NCBI GenBank assembly: GCA_938034375.1
Contig: CALHLB010000030.1
Span: forward strand, 1,220 to 65,219
Origin: an uncultured Alphaproteobacteria bacterium
Lineage (GTDB): Bacteria; Pseudomonadota; Alphaproteobacteria; Rhizobiales; JACESI01
Reading direction: 5' to 3'
Length of the DNA stretch: 64,000 nt
The position numbers and the translations under genes were made by a program. The notes under the pieces were generated by a model. It was given only the letters and a program-made list of their open reading frames with translations. It did no database searches and was not told the origin of the DNA. Below, piece after piece: positions 49,747-60,040 of the stretch (position 1 is the first letter of the stretch; the number at the start of each line of letters is the position of its first letter).

Positions 49747-51798
49747 ATGAAAATAAATAATCCGTTTTTGGGTGAATGGAAAACACCCTTTGAAATGCCA
49801 CCGTTCCATGAAATTAAAGTGCAGCATTTCAAGCCAGCTTTTGATGTGGCTTTAGAAAAAAATAAACAGGAAATTGAAGCAATTGCGGAAAATAAGGAAG
49901 CGCCAAGCTTTGATAATACACTTAAAGCGCTGGAGCTTGCAGGAGAAACCTTATCAAAAGTCACAGGTGTTTTTTATAACCTTTCAGGAGCACATACCAA
50001 TTCTGATTTGCAGGAAATAGAGCGGGAAATGGCGCCGAAAATGGCAGAACATTCCTCAAAAATCATGCTGAATGAAGACTTGTTCAAGCGAGTTGATAAG
50101 CTTTATGAAATGTGGGGGGAACTTGATTTATCAGGTGAGAATTTGCGCCTTTTAGAGCGCTATCATACGCGATTTATTCGAGCTGGAGCAAGGCTTCAAG
50201 GTGAGGCGCGCAAAAGAATGGGTGAGATTACCAAGCGCCTTGCGACACTTGGGACGTCTTTTTCACAAAATGTTTTGGCAGATGAAAGTGCCTATGAACT
50301 TTTATTGTCTAAGGGTGATGATTTGTCAGGCCTGCCCGATTTTCTTATTCAGGCCGCGCAATCTGCAGCAAAAGAGCGTGGGTATGACGATAAATATATC
50401 ATAACATTATCGCGTTCTTTAATTGAACCATTTCTACAGTTTTCTGAACGGCGTGATTTGCGTGAAAAGGCATTTAAGGCGTGGATTAGTCGCGGTGATA
50501 ATGATTGCGAGACGAACAATCATGCCATTATAAAAGAGATTTTGGTCTTGCGTGAAGAGAGGGCCAAATTACTTGGCTTTGAAACTTTTGCTCATTTTAA
50601 ACTTGATGATCAAATGGCCAAAAAACCTCAAGCGGTTCAAGATCTTTTAATGAAGGTTTGGAAGCCTGCGCGTAAAAAAGCAACGGAGGAGGCTGAAAAA
50701 CTGCTGTCTTTTGCTAAAGAAGAGGGTCTCAATTCTGCAATTAAACCATGGGATTGGCGATTTTATGCGGAAAAGGTGCGTAAGGCAAAATATGACCTGA
50801 ATGCTTCTGAAATAAAGCCTTACTTGCAGTTGGATGAAATAATTAAAGCCGCGTTTTATGTGGCAGGTCGTTTGTTCGGTCTCAATTTCACTGAATTGGA
50901 AGCCATGCCAACCTATCATGATGATGTGCGGATATTTGAGGTTACAGACAGTGAGGGCCAGCACGTAGCTCTTTTTATGGGGGATTACTTTGCCCGCCCG
51001 TCAAAAAGATCCGGCGCCTGGATGAGTGGTTTTCGTACCCAGCAAAAACTAAAAGGCGATATTCGGCCTATTATCGTTAATGTTATGAATTTTGCAAAAG
51101 CACCAGAAGGTATGCCATGCCTTTTAACATTTGATGATGCGCGAACACTTTTTCATGAATTTGGACATGCTCTTCATGGCATGTTGTCAAATGTTACTTA
51201 TCCTTCCCTTTCTGGTACAGCAGTTGCTCGCGATTTTGTTGAATTGCCTTCCCAGCTGTTTGAGCATTGGTTGATGGAAGAGGACGTTTTATCAAAATAT
51301 GCCTGCCATTATAAAACAGGCGAAAAGATGCCAAAGGCGTTAATGACGCGGATTAAAATGGCAGAAACCTTTAATCAGGGTTTTCAGACTGTGGAATATG
51401 TTTCTTGCGCGCTTATTGATTTGGCTCTTCATACAATGACGACAGAACAGATTGATGATTTGAATGCTTTAGAGAGAAACCTTTTAGATGAAATTTCCAT
51501 GCCTGATGAAATAGTGATGCGACATCGTATTCCGCACTTTTCCCATATTTTTTCAGGTGATGGTTATTCTTCAGGTTATTACTCTTATATGTGGTCGGAA
51601 GTAATGGATGCAGATGCCTTTCAGGCCTTTAAAGAAACGCAAGATATATTTGATGCTGAAACAGCTAAACGATTGATAAAATTTATATACTCGTCTGGTG
51701 GAAGTCGTGACCCTGAAGATCTTTATACAGCGTTTCGGGGTAAAATGCCAGAAATTCATGCCCTTCTTGAGGGGAGGGATTTAAAAGATGTTGCGTAA
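49747..51798 (+). CDS. dcp: M3-family peptidyl-dipeptidase Dcp
   Basis: HEFGHALH zinc motif, VELPSQ, about 680 aa. Start at MKINNPFLGEW. Confidence 0.9.
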   Translation: MKINNPFLGEWKTPFEMPPFHEIKVQHFKPAFDVALEKNKQEIEAIAENKEAPSFDNTLKALELAGETLSKVTGVFYNLSGAHTNSDLQEIEREMAPKMAEHSSKIMLNEDLFKRVDKLYEMWGELDLSGENLRLLERYHTRFIRAGARLQGEARKRMGEITKRLATLGTSFSQNVLADESAYELLLSKGDDLSGLPDFLIQAAQSAAKERGYDDKYIITLSRSLIEPFLQFSERRDLREKAFKAWISRGDNDCETNNHAIIKEILVLREERAKLLGFETFAHFKLDDQMAKKPQAVQDLLMKVWKPARKKATEEAEKLLSFAKEEGLNSAIKPWDWRFYAEKVRKAKYDLNASEIKPYLQLDEIIKAAFYVAGRLFGLNFTELEAMPTYHDDVRIFEVTDSEGQHVALFMGDYFARPSKRSGAWMSGFRTQQKLKGDIRPIIVNVMNFAKAPEGMPCLLTFDDARTLFHEFGHALHGMLSNVTYPSLSGTAVARDFVELPSQLFEHWLMEEDVLSKYACHYKTGEKMPKALMTRIKMAETFNQGFQTVEYVSCALIDLALHTMTTEQIDDLNALERNLLDEISMPDEIVMRHRIPHFSHIFSGDGYSSGYYSYMWSEVMDADAFQAFKETQDIFDAETAKRLIKFIYSSGGSRDPEDLYTAFRGKMPEIHALLEGRDLKDVA

Positions 51799-51914
51799 TA
51801 TCAGAAGAGTTCTTATATATCATAATGATGTAACGTATTTTTACTATTAAAATACTACAGAAATTATGTTTGAGTTTGATTTATTTGAATTCGCTGTAGT
51901 TTTTTAATACCTAA

Positions 51915-51993
51915 GACGGTCTATTCCCCCCTCTAGACCGTTCAAAAGCGAGGTAACCGTTGCCCCCCTTCGGTTACTTTGCTCTTTTTTTTT
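51915..51993 (+). ncRNA. candidate small RNA: two hairpins with C6 loops, second acting as terminator
   Basis: Hairpin 1 is ACGGTCTA/TAGACCGT (51916-51941) with loop TTCCCCCCTC. Hairpin 2 is GTAACCG/CGGTTAC (51953-51977) with loop TTGCCCCCCTT, followed by TTTGCTCTTTTTTTTT. Confidence 0.3.
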
Positions 51994-52053
51994 CAAGTTA
52001 ATTCCGTTAGGATGTTAAGCTGAAACAACCCTCTTTCCCAGTATTAAAACGAT

Positions 52054-52539
52054 ATGATAGACCAGAAAAATGATTTACTAAAACTCGTTGCTCTTGATAA
52101 CGAGGACCTTGAAGTTATATCCGCCTATTTGCAGGATGCTGTAATGTTGGTTGGGGATTTGAAATTTCTGCCAAAAGAAAAACGCTTTGTAGTGGTTGCC
52201 AACCGTTTTGTTTGGCATAAAGACGATCAAAAACATGGCAAAGATATTCATGAACGCCGGCGCACAGCGCTTCACTTTGAAAAAGTTGAAAAAGTTCAAA
52301 TGCTTAACATCAAGCAAAATGCTGCGGATGCTGTTTTGAATCTTTTGGCCATTCAGTTTTTACCTGATGATGCGCCTTCTGGCACTGTCGATCTCATTTT
52401 TTCCGGCAATGGTGTTTTGAGGCTTTATGTTGAAGCGATTGAAGTTCAGCTTTGTGATATGGGCGGAGCTTGGCAAACCCGTTTGATGCCGGACCATGGA
52501 CCAGATAACGAGGCTGATGATAAGCTTAAAGATAAATGA
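52054..52539 (+). CDS. DUF2948 family protein
   Basis: LKLVALDNEDLEVISAYLQDAV..RFVVVANRFVW matches my recollection of DUF2948. Upstream of hisD, as in other alphaproteobacteria. Confidence 0.68.
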   Translation: MIDQKNDLLKLVALDNEDLEVISAYLQDAVMLVGDLKFLPKEKRFVVVANRFVWHKDDQKHGKDIHERRRTALHFEKVEKVQMLNIKQNAADAVLNLLAIQFLPDDAPSGTVDLIFSGNGVLRLYVEAIEVQLCDMGGAWQTRLMPDHGPDNEADDKLKDK

Positions 52540-52617
52540 TAAAGCAGACTAGACAGCCTTTTAAAAAACTCTAAAACCATAGCATGAAACTCTCAATATC
52601 AATTTAAGGAAATTGCC

Positions 52618-53910
52618 GTGGTTCAATGGCTAAACTCAAGCGATGTAAATTTTAAACAGAATTTTCAAGTGCTTCTTGGTGCAAAGCGGGAAGTATCTGA
52701 AGATGTGGATGCTATCGTACGAGATATTATTGAAGATGTTCAAAAAAGAGGAGACGATGCCCTTATCGACTTGACTAGGAAATTCGACCGCCTTGATTTG
52801 CTTGAAAAAGGTGTTGCTGTTTCCAGGCAGGAAATTCAAAATGCGTTGCGTGAAGCAGATCGTCAAACTGTTGAGGCCTTGAAATTGGCGGCAGAACGTA
52901 TTCGCTCACATCATGAGCGTCAAAAACCAAAGGATGATATCTATCAAGATGCGCTTGGCGTGACATTAGGGACGCGCTGGACTGCACTGCAATCTGTTGG
53001 TCTTTATGTGCCTGGTGGTACAGCCAGTTATCCAAGTTCTGTGTTAATGAATGCTATTCCTGCAAAGGTTGCTGGTGTTGAACGTATTGTTATGGTTGTT
53101 CCAAGCCCTGATGGTATTTTAAATCCGTTGGTTTTAGTGGCTGCAGAACTTTCTGGGGTTGATGAAATTTATAGAATTGGTGGCGCACAGGCAATTGCAG
53201 CTCTGGCTTTTGGCACAAAAACTATTGCACCGGTTAACAAAATTGTAGGCCCTGGAAATGCTTTTGTTGCTGCGGCTAAAAGGCGGGTTTTTGGCACTGT
53301 TGGTATTGATATGATTGCAGGTCCTTCCGAGGTTCTTATCGTTGCTGATAAGGATAATAATCCAGACTGGATTGCTTTGGATCTGCTTGCCCAAGCAGAA
53401 CATGATATTGCTGCACAGTCCCTTTTAATTACGGATGATATTGATTTTGGTAAGGCGGTGGAAGAGGCTGTTGAGCATCAGTTAAAAACTTTGCCTAGGG
53501 CTGATATTGCACAAAAATGCTGGCAGGATTATGGGGCTATTATAGTGGTTGATAATTTACAAAATACATTGCCTCTCATTAATCGTATTGCGCCTGAACA
53601 TCTGGAATTAACGTTTGATGGTGCTGATGATTTTGCAATGAAAGTGCATAATGCAGGGGCTATTTTTATTGGTGCTTATACGCCTGAAGCTATTGGAGAT
53701 TATGTTGGTGGTTCTAACCATGTTTTACCAACAGCGCGCTCGGCTCGTTTTTCTTCGGGCCTTTCCATTCTTGATTTTGTTAAAAAGACATCGCTTTTGA
53801 AATGTGGTCCAGATCAATTACGCGCGATTGGGCCTGCCGCAATGGCGCTTGCAAAGTCGGAAGGGCTTGACGCGCATGAAAAGTCTGTCAGCATCCGTTT
53901 AAACATTTAA
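52618..53910 (+). CDS. hisD: histidinol dehydrogenase
   Basis: GTG start. [39 protein letters not shown]. Confidence 0.95.
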   Translation: MVQWLNSSDVNFKQNFQVLLGAKREVSEDVDAIVRDIIEDVQKRGDDALIDLTRKFDRLDLLEKGVAVSRQEIQNALREADRQTVEALKLAAERIRSHHERQKPKDDIYQDALGVTLGTRWTALQSVGLYVPGGTASYPSSVLMNAIPAKVAGVERIVMVVPSPDGILNPLVLVAAELSGVDEIYRIGGAQAIAALAFGTKTIAPVNKIVGPGNAFVAAAKRRVFGTVGIDMIAGPSEVLIVADKDNNPDWIALDLLAQAEHDIAAQSLLITDDIDFGKAVEEAVEHQLKTLPRADIAQKCWQDYGAIIVVDNLQNTLPLINRIAPEHLELTFDGADDFAMKVHNAGAIFIGAYTPEAIGDYVGGSNHVLPTARSARFSSGLSILDFVKKTSLLKCGPDQLRAIGPAAMALAKSEGLDAHEKSVSIRLNI

Positions 53911-53925
53911 TTTGATTGATCTCCA

Positions 53926-54414
53926 ATGGCTGAAACTCGTTCAACTTCAAAAAAAAATCGTCTTGTTAATGTTATTCTTGATGAAGAATCGATTGGTCGT
54001 GCCACGCCTGATGTCGAACAGGAACGCTCAATCGCCATTTTTGATATTCTGGAAGAAAACGATTTTACTCCTCTTAATCATGAGGGGGGACCTTATACAT
54101 TGAAGCTTTCTAACCTTGATGGCCGTTTTGTGATGGAAATTGCTGAAGAAAATGGGAATGAAGTGATGACACATATTTTGTCTATGACCCCGTTTCGCAC
54201 AATTATTAAAGATTATTTCATGATTTGCGAAAGTTACTATGAAGCTATCCGTTCTGCTGCCCCTGGCCGTATTGAGGCAATTGATATGGCAAGACGGGGA
54301 ATTCATAATGAAGGGTCGGAAAAGCTGCAAGACCGCTTATCGGGTAAAGTCGATGTTGATTTTGATACGGCCAGAAGACTTTTTACTCTTTTATGTGCGC
54401 TTCAACAAAAATGA
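53926..54414 (+). CDS. UPF0262 family protein
   Basis: [56 protein letters not shown]. Confidence 0.8.
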   Translation: MAETRSTSKKNRLVNVILDEESIGRATPDVEQERSIAIFDILEENDFTPLNHEGGPYTLKLSNLDGRFVMEIAEENGNEVMTHILSMTPFRTIIKDYFMICESYYEAIRSAAPGRIEAIDMARRGIHNEGSEKLQDRLSGKVDVDFDTARRLFTLLCALQQK

Positions 54415-54442
54415 TTTTTGATGGGATAACGAGTTAATAACG

Positions 54443-54907
54443 ATGAAAGAACTCAAGGTTGGCTTGAAAGCTTTGAAAGCAAGGAGTGATGCTCCGTCAT
54501 CCGTTCTGTTTATTTGCGGGATGAATGTTGTGCGCTCACCCATGGCATCAGCAATTACCAGAACACTTTTCCCACATGTCATCTATACCCGCTCGGCAGG
54601 GGTTCATAAGGGTGAAAATGATCCTTTTGTAAAAATTGCTATGGAAGAGCTTGGCGTTGATATTTCCACACATTATCCACACACTTATGCAGAGTTGGAT
54701 GATGAGAATTTTGATCTTACTATTGCTTTAACACGTGAAGCAAAAGACTATGCTGAAGAATTAACCGCTAGTACTGGATCCTCTTTGGATGTTTGGCTAA
54801 CGGAAGATCCGACACTTGAAAAAGGTAATAGGGAGCAGAGGCTGAATGCCTACAGGAAAGTACGTGACACTTTAATTGACAGAATTAAAGTGAACTTTTG
54901 CGGGTAA
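54443..54907 (+). CDS. low-molecular-weight phosphotyrosine phosphatase / ArsC-like phosphatase
   Basis: P-loop VLFICGMNVVRSPMA (C-X5-R-S). Confidence 0.75.
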   Translation: MKELKVGLKALKARSDAPSSVLFICGMNVVRSPMASAITRTLFPHVIYTRSAGVHKGENDPFVKIAMEELGVDISTHYPHTYAELDDENFDLTIALTREAKDYAEELTASTGSSLDVWLTEDPTLEKGNREQRLNAYRKVRDTLIDRIKVNFCG

Positions 54908-55092
54908 ATTTACCGCATTTTTTATAAATTTTGTATTTTATAAAGCAATTAGAACAAAAAAGGTTCACATTGTTACTTTTTTTATATAGTTTCGCCCGAA
55001 ATTCCAGAATCTAAGATAAATAGATGGCAGGTGAGGTGATGAACTTTTGCAAAATTTCTTTGACCCTGCTCTTTAATATATGAAGGACAAGA

Positions 55093-55311
55093 ATGGCTAA
55101 AGAAGAAATGCTTGAATTTCCTGGCGTTGTCAGTGAACTTCTGCCTAATGCGACTTTTCGTGTGAAGCTTGAAAATGACCATGAAATTATTGCCCATACA
55201 GCTGGTCGTATGCGTAAAAACCGCATCCGTGTTTTGGCGGGTGATAAAGTTTTGGTTGAAATGACCCCTTATGATCTAACCAAAGGGCGCATTACCTATC
55301 GCTTTAAATAA
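55093..55311 (+). CDS. infA: translation initiation factor IF-1
   Basis: [67 protein letters not shown]. Confidence 0.98.
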   Translation: MAKEEMLEFPGVVSELLPNATFRVKLENDHEIIAHTAGRMRKNRIRVLAGDKVLVEMTPYDLTKGRITYRFK

Positions 55312-55325
55312 GTCGGGGTAAACTT

Positions 55326-55958
55326 ATGGCTGAACGTGGTTCAAAGCCGACATTAATTCTGGCATCCGCTTCACCACGGCGCTTGCAGCTTTTACAGCAA
55401 GTCAATATTCAGCCCGACCATTTGATGCCGGCTGATATTGATGAAACGCCACATCGGAAGGAATTGCCAAAAGATCTTGTGCGCCGCCTTGCGAGAACAA
55501 AGGCTGATGTGTGCGCTAGAATGGCAAAGCGTGAACAAAAAGATGACCATGCTTATATTTTAGCCGCTGATACTGTTGTTGCTCGTGGTCGGCTTAGCTT
55601 GCCAAAGGCAGAAACAATCAACCAAGCATCTGATTGCTTACGGCAACTTTCAGGGCGCTCTCACAGAGTTTACACAGCTGTTTGCCTTATAACGCCAGGT
55701 GGTAAAGTTGTTAACAAGCTGGTTGAAACCCGTATTCGGATGAAACGTTTGTCCTCTGTTGAAAATGAGGCTTATCTTGCTTCTGGTGAATGGCGTGGCA
55801 AAGCGGGAGGGTACGCTATTCAAGGTTTGGCAGGCGCTTTTGTCATCAAGTTGATTGGGTCTTATTCTTCTGTTGTTGGTCTTCCGCTTTATGAGACGGT
55901 TAACATGCTTTCAGGGGAGGGTTACCCTGTTCATTTTGGTTGGCTTGGTTATGATTAA
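55326..55958 (+). CDS. maf: Maf-like nucleoside triphosphate pyrophosphatase
   Basis: LILASASPRR..LL, ADTVV, GKAGGYAIQG. Confidence 0.9.
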   Translation: MAERGSKPTLILASASPRRLQLLQQVNIQPDHLMPADIDETPHRKELPKDLVRRLARTKADVCARMAKREQKDDHAYILAADTVVARGRLSLPKAETINQASDCLRQLSGRSHRVYTAVCLITPGGKVVNKLVETRIRMKRLSSVENEAYLASGEWRGKAGGYAIQGLAGAFVIKLIGSYSSVVGLPLYETVNMLSGEGYPVHFGWLGYD

Positions 55959-56130
55959 GAACTTTTCATCTTCTAGCTGCCCCATATGTGGTAAGATGGC
56001 TGAAAAAACTGAATATCCTTTTTGTTCAAGAAGGTGCCGAGCAATTGATTTAAATAAGTGGTTAGATGGTTCTTATGCTATTGAATCACATGATCAAACC
56101 CATTTTTCAAAGCCTGATAATGATAATTGA
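55951..56130 (+). CDS. yacG: DNA gyrase inhibitor YacG (zinc ribbon)
   Basis: CPICGK..PFCSRRCRAIDLNKWL. ATG at 55951 overlaps the maf stop. Confidence 0.8.
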   Translation: MIKNFSSSSCPICGKMAEKTEYPFCSRRCRAIDLNKWLDGSYAIESHDQTHFSKPDNDN

Positions 56131-56286
56131 AGGAGGGTGAAAGCCTCCAATTTTCATTTTCTCGATAAGTTTTTATAAAATCTTGAAAAAGAAGTCTGGA
56201 CAGAAGGAAATGAAGCCTCTATAACGCGCTTCACATTGGATATTTTCCATATATTGTAGTGATATGATTTCACTATCAATTAATTT

Positions 56287-56362
56287 GCCCAGGTAGCTCA
56301 GTTGGTAGAGCAAGGGATTGAAAATCCCTGTGTCGGTGGTTCGATTCCGCCCCTGGGCACCA
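56287..56362 (+). tRNA. tRNA-Phe (GAA)
   Basis: 76-nt cloverleaf read by hand. Acceptor GCCCAGG/CCTGGGC, D arm GCTC-AGTTGGTA-GAGC, anticodon arm AGGGA-TTGAAAA-TCCCT (anticodon GAA), T arm GGTGG-TTCGATT-CCGCC, encoded CCA. Confidence 0.95.
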
Positions 56363-57923
56363 TTTGACATTCCAGCATGTTATTTTCTCCTAAGACATTG
56401 AATGGTAAGGTGGTTTTTATAGTTCTATACCCTGTTTCACGGTGGTATGGCAGCGGGGCAGAAAACGCCAACCTTAGCACCAGTTTTTGCAAGTGAATGC
56501 CTCCATTTTCCCATATTTTATAAGGGTTTGAGAAGAATCGCATGGATAGTTCTAGCATTTCTGCTGCGGTGCTTTTTGGTTGAAAGCTTTTTTCAAGTTT
56601 TTCCGACAAAATAACCTTCTCATTTTCAAGCTGGTCTATCTTGCGATCAATAGCCTGAACAACGCGACTATTGGACGCATCAACTATCTTATCGAGATAC
56701 AAGTCAATCTGGCGATCCAGTTTCAAAAGGTCACGCCGCAACGCTTTGCGGATTTCATTGACCTGCTTTGTGCGCTGGTTCCAGATATCTTCAAGCATCT
56801 TTGTAATAAGCCGAAACAGGACTGTATTTGGACGCATATCTTTCAGGAGCGTTGCAAAATCTCCTTCAATGGTATCGCGTCGAATAGACTTGCCGTAGCT
56901 TGCACAGCCCTTTGTGTGGCATGTATAGTAAGCATAGCGTCTTCCTGTACAACTTTTCGACCAGCTGCCCCGCAACGGTTTCTCACAGTCGCCACAGGTC
57001 ACAAAACCACGAAGAGGGAAATCTTTTGCAATATCCTTACGAGCAGGAGCAAGAGCGCCCGCCTTACGCCGTTTTTGTATTTTCTCGAAAGTCGCAACAG
57101 AAATGATTTGAGGATGATTACCCTTGCGCTTTTTAACATCAAGCGTTTTGGAAAAGACAAAACCTTAATAAAGCGGATGGGTCATAATGTCTGTGACTTT
57201 TTGAAGCCGAATACCTCCATTGGGAAGTTGCTTGGGAAACTCGGGCTGACTTTCAAAGAAGCGTTTCACTTCTGTCTGCGTTGCAAAGCGACCCGCAGCA
57301 TACCCTTCCAAAGCCTCCTGAATGATAGAGGCAACAGGCTCATCACGAACGAGGACTTTACCCTCGTTCTTTGTCTTTTTGTATTTGTAGCCAACAGGCG
57401 CGGTATAAACCCAATACCCCGCCATAAGCCGCGCCCATGTACGATGGCGCGTTGTTTCAGCTACTTTCTCACGATAATGCTGTGCAGTAAGCGCCTGGAT
57501 GCCCTCAGACATGTTGCCATCAGCATCGCGCTTTACTTTGAAGCGCATGGACGGGCTATCTAGCAAAGCGCCCACTTCATCAAGCGCGTCCCGAAGGTCA
57601 AAGTAAACGCGGACATCGCGTGCAAGGCGGCTGATGTCGTCAATGAGAACAACGTATTGGACACCTGGCTTTTTCTTCTTGAGAAAAGCAAGCATATTTT
57701 GAACATCAGGACGATCTCTGAATTTTCCGGAAATACCTTCATCGGTGAATGTTTCAGCCACAGGAAAACCAACCTGTTTGGCGTATTCACGGCCTCGCGT
57801 TTCTTGAGACTGGATGCCGCTACCGTCTTTTATCTGTTTGGTATCCGACACACGCAGATAAAGGACAAACTCGTATTTTATGCTTGTATCGGTGTAATCA
57901 ATATATTGCTGTTCAAAATTCAT
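56298..57923 (-). pseudogene. large serine recombinase (integrase type) interrupted by one in-frame TAA
   Basis: N-terminal resolvase domain YLRVSDTKQ..LIDDISRLAR. Recombinase domain, then Cys-rich zinc ribbon TCGDCEKPL..YYTCHTKGC and a coiled coil. ORFs 57165-57923 and 56298-57002 are in the same frame, and the 54 codons between them are open. Single stop at 57165-57167. Confidence 0.85.
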
Positions 57924-58231
57924 ACATCAGTCCTTTCTTCAGGCCATGCCTCCTTTAGATTTTTGCTTGTATTGGTGTTTGCTACATCTGCAATCATTTT
58001 GACAACTTCGGGATGGAGCTTTTTATCTGTTCTATCTTCGGCGTTTTGTAGCGGATGAATGCCAAACCCCATATCCACAAATTGAACCATGATCGCCCAG
58101 AGGGTTTCAAGAAGTTCGACTTTCTTATCCTCTGGTATGTCATCGCTATCCAATAATGCTTGATACTTTTCGACATCAAATATCAGTGTTTTATAATGTT
58201 CATTTCCAATATTTTTTATTCCGTCATCCAC
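57920..58231 (-). CDS. hypothetical acidic protein translationally coupled to the large serine recombinase
   Basis: 103-aa ORF with a GTG start. Its stop overlaps the recombinase ATG (ATGA). No family recognised. Confidence 0.45.
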   Translation of the reverse strand: MDDGIKNIGNEHYKTLIFDVEKYQALLDSDDIPEDKKVELLETLWAIMVQFVDMGFGIHPLQNAEDRTDKKLHPEVVKMIADVANTNTSKNLKEAWPEERTDV

Positions 58232-58364
58232 GTTCCTTGTTCCTTTTAGACTTTAGGTTTTATTCATAGCTTGCTCCTTCCCTTCATAAGAACAAAAGAG
58301 AAACAAACTAGATCATCTTTTGCTCTTAGGCAAGAAAAAACGATTTTACGAAATGTCGGCTTAA

Positions 58365-58784
58365 TTAGAACTCTTGATCGTAACTTTGACTAAAGCCTTC
58401 TCCCTGCTCATACTCTATACTGGAAGACTGACTCTGCTCTTGAGAGTGCTCGGAAACATTTTCGAGGGTATTTGAAGGAGTGTTTTCAGAAGTGTTTTCG
58501 GGGGTATTCTCAGGAGCGCGTTCCTGATGATTGGATTTGGAATTTTCCTGATAAAGTTCGCGCGTTTTTGAACGGGCTTCACGGGCAAGCTCGGAAACAC
58601 GTAAAAGATCGCCGTTAGTGAATGCATTGGTATCGCGTAAATCACCCCTTTGATCGCGATATGTTTTGACGAATGTGGTCGTGTAATACGTCCCTTTATC
58701 GCTGTTATTTTCCCAGATTGTTGCTTTCAGATTACCATCACGTATAACGGACGTTGGTGGGGTAGAACCCCTAGTATTTCTCCT
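58365..58784 (-). pseudogene. 139-codon open frame without any canonical start codon (5'-damaged mobile-element gene?)
   Basis: Hand translation gives ..GSTPPTSVIRDGNLKATIWENNSDKGTYYTTTFVKTYRDQRGDLRDTNAFTNGDLLRVSELAREARSKTRELYQEN.. then an acidic S/E/N tail. AAGGAG sits at the 5' end, but there is no in-frame ATG/GTG/TTG. Confidence 0.35.
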
Positions 58785-59143
58785 TTATTTGGAATTTAGA
58801 CAATAGAAATCCCTTTCGTGAGAAATTTACTCTCTCACTATACTTTAAAAAATATATTTTATGGAATTTCTGTTAATAATTATACTTATGAAATATGACG
58901 AAAATATGCCTATTTCAACCAATGATAGCCAATTTTAGTCTTTTATATGTCAATTAATAAGGATAATATTCAGTTATACATTTAAAATATCTTAGATAAG
59001 GAAATTATAACTCTCGTACAGGTTTATAAAACTCAAATGCGAGTCTCTTGATTTCGTATAATAACAAATAAATTACTGCCTTTTCTCCTTCCGTAACCGC
59101 GCGATTTGTTCATTTTTGCGTTCTGTATAGAATTGAAAGAAGC

Positions 59144-59353
59144 TCATAAATTCAAGCTCATCATAAAATAGGATATGGGAACATCAAAATAATCCGCCAT
59201 AAGATAGAGCTTGGCCGCATTGATGCGGGTTTTTCCTTTCTCATATTTTTGTATCTGCTGAAAGGTAACTCCCAAAGCTTCCGCCAATTGCCGTAATGTT
59301 ACTTTTTTAAACACCCGTAATGCCCGTAATTTCTGAGCAAAATGCTTGTTCAC
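59144..59353 (-). CDS. XRE-family helix-turn-helix transcriptional regulator
   Basis: 69 aa. LRQLAEALGVTFQQIQKYEKGKTRI is a canonical Cro/C1-type HTH. Confidence 0.75.
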   Translation of the reverse strand: MNKHFAQKLRALRVFKKVTLRQLAEALGVTFQQIQKYEKGKTRINAAKLYLMADYFDVPISYFMMSLNL

Positions 59354-59410
59354 TCAAGCTCGTATTCATATCTTCTCCTTCACTATGGTTTAAAAAATTC
59401 ACCCAATCAT

Positions 59411-60040
59411 TCACCGCAAACCCTGCCGCTTTAAAGCCCGTTGCAGGGTAATGCGGGAAACACCGCAGGCCTTGGCAACCTGCTCATAGCTTTGCCCCTC
59501 ATCACGTATGGCGATATGAGCGCGGATAACATCATCGGGGGTGAGCAAAAACCTGCGACCGCCCACACGCCCGCGCTTTCTGGCCGCTTCAAGGCCGCTC
59601 ATGGTGTTTTCATGGATAAGATCGCGGGTAAACTGCGCCACGGCTGCAAAGATATGATAAACCATGCGTCCGCCCGGTGTGCTGGTGTCCAACCCTTCGG
59701 TCAGAGAACAGAAATAAATATTATCGCGTTCAAACTGTTCCAAAAGCTGCGCCAGATGCGAGACGGAACGCCCCAGCCGATCAAGCTTATAAACCACCAG
59801 CATATCACCGGCACGCAACATGGCCATAGCATCATCCAGCCCCTCACGCCCCGCTTTTGCACCGGAAATCTTGTCACAGAAAATAGCATCACATCCAACC
59901 TGCTTTAAAACATCAAGCTGTCTGTCAAGATTCTGGTCATTGGTGGAAACACGGGCATAGCCGATTTTACGCCCTGCATTACGCGCGGTATTTACAGAAA
60001 GGGTGAGAGGCGTGATTGCATTGCCGATCAGATGTGTCAT
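59411..60040 (-). CDS. small serine recombinase (resolvase/DNA invertase, Hin-Gin-Tn3 resolvase family)
   Basis: IGYARVSTNDQNLDRQ catalytic-Ser motif, VYKLDRLGRS, C-terminal HTH GVSRITLQRALKR. Visibly more GC-rich than its flanks. Confidence 0.9.
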   Translation of the reverse strand: MTHLIGNAITPLTLSVNTARNAGRKIGYARVSTNDQNLDRQLDVLKQVGCDAIFCDKISGAKAGREGLDDAMAMLRAGDMLVVYKLDRLGRSVSHLAQLLEQFERDNIYFCSLTEGLDTSTPGGRMVYHIFAAVAQFTRDLIHENTMSGLEAARKRGRVGGRRFLLTPDDVIRAHIAIRDEGQSYEQVAKACGVSRITLQRALKRQGLR

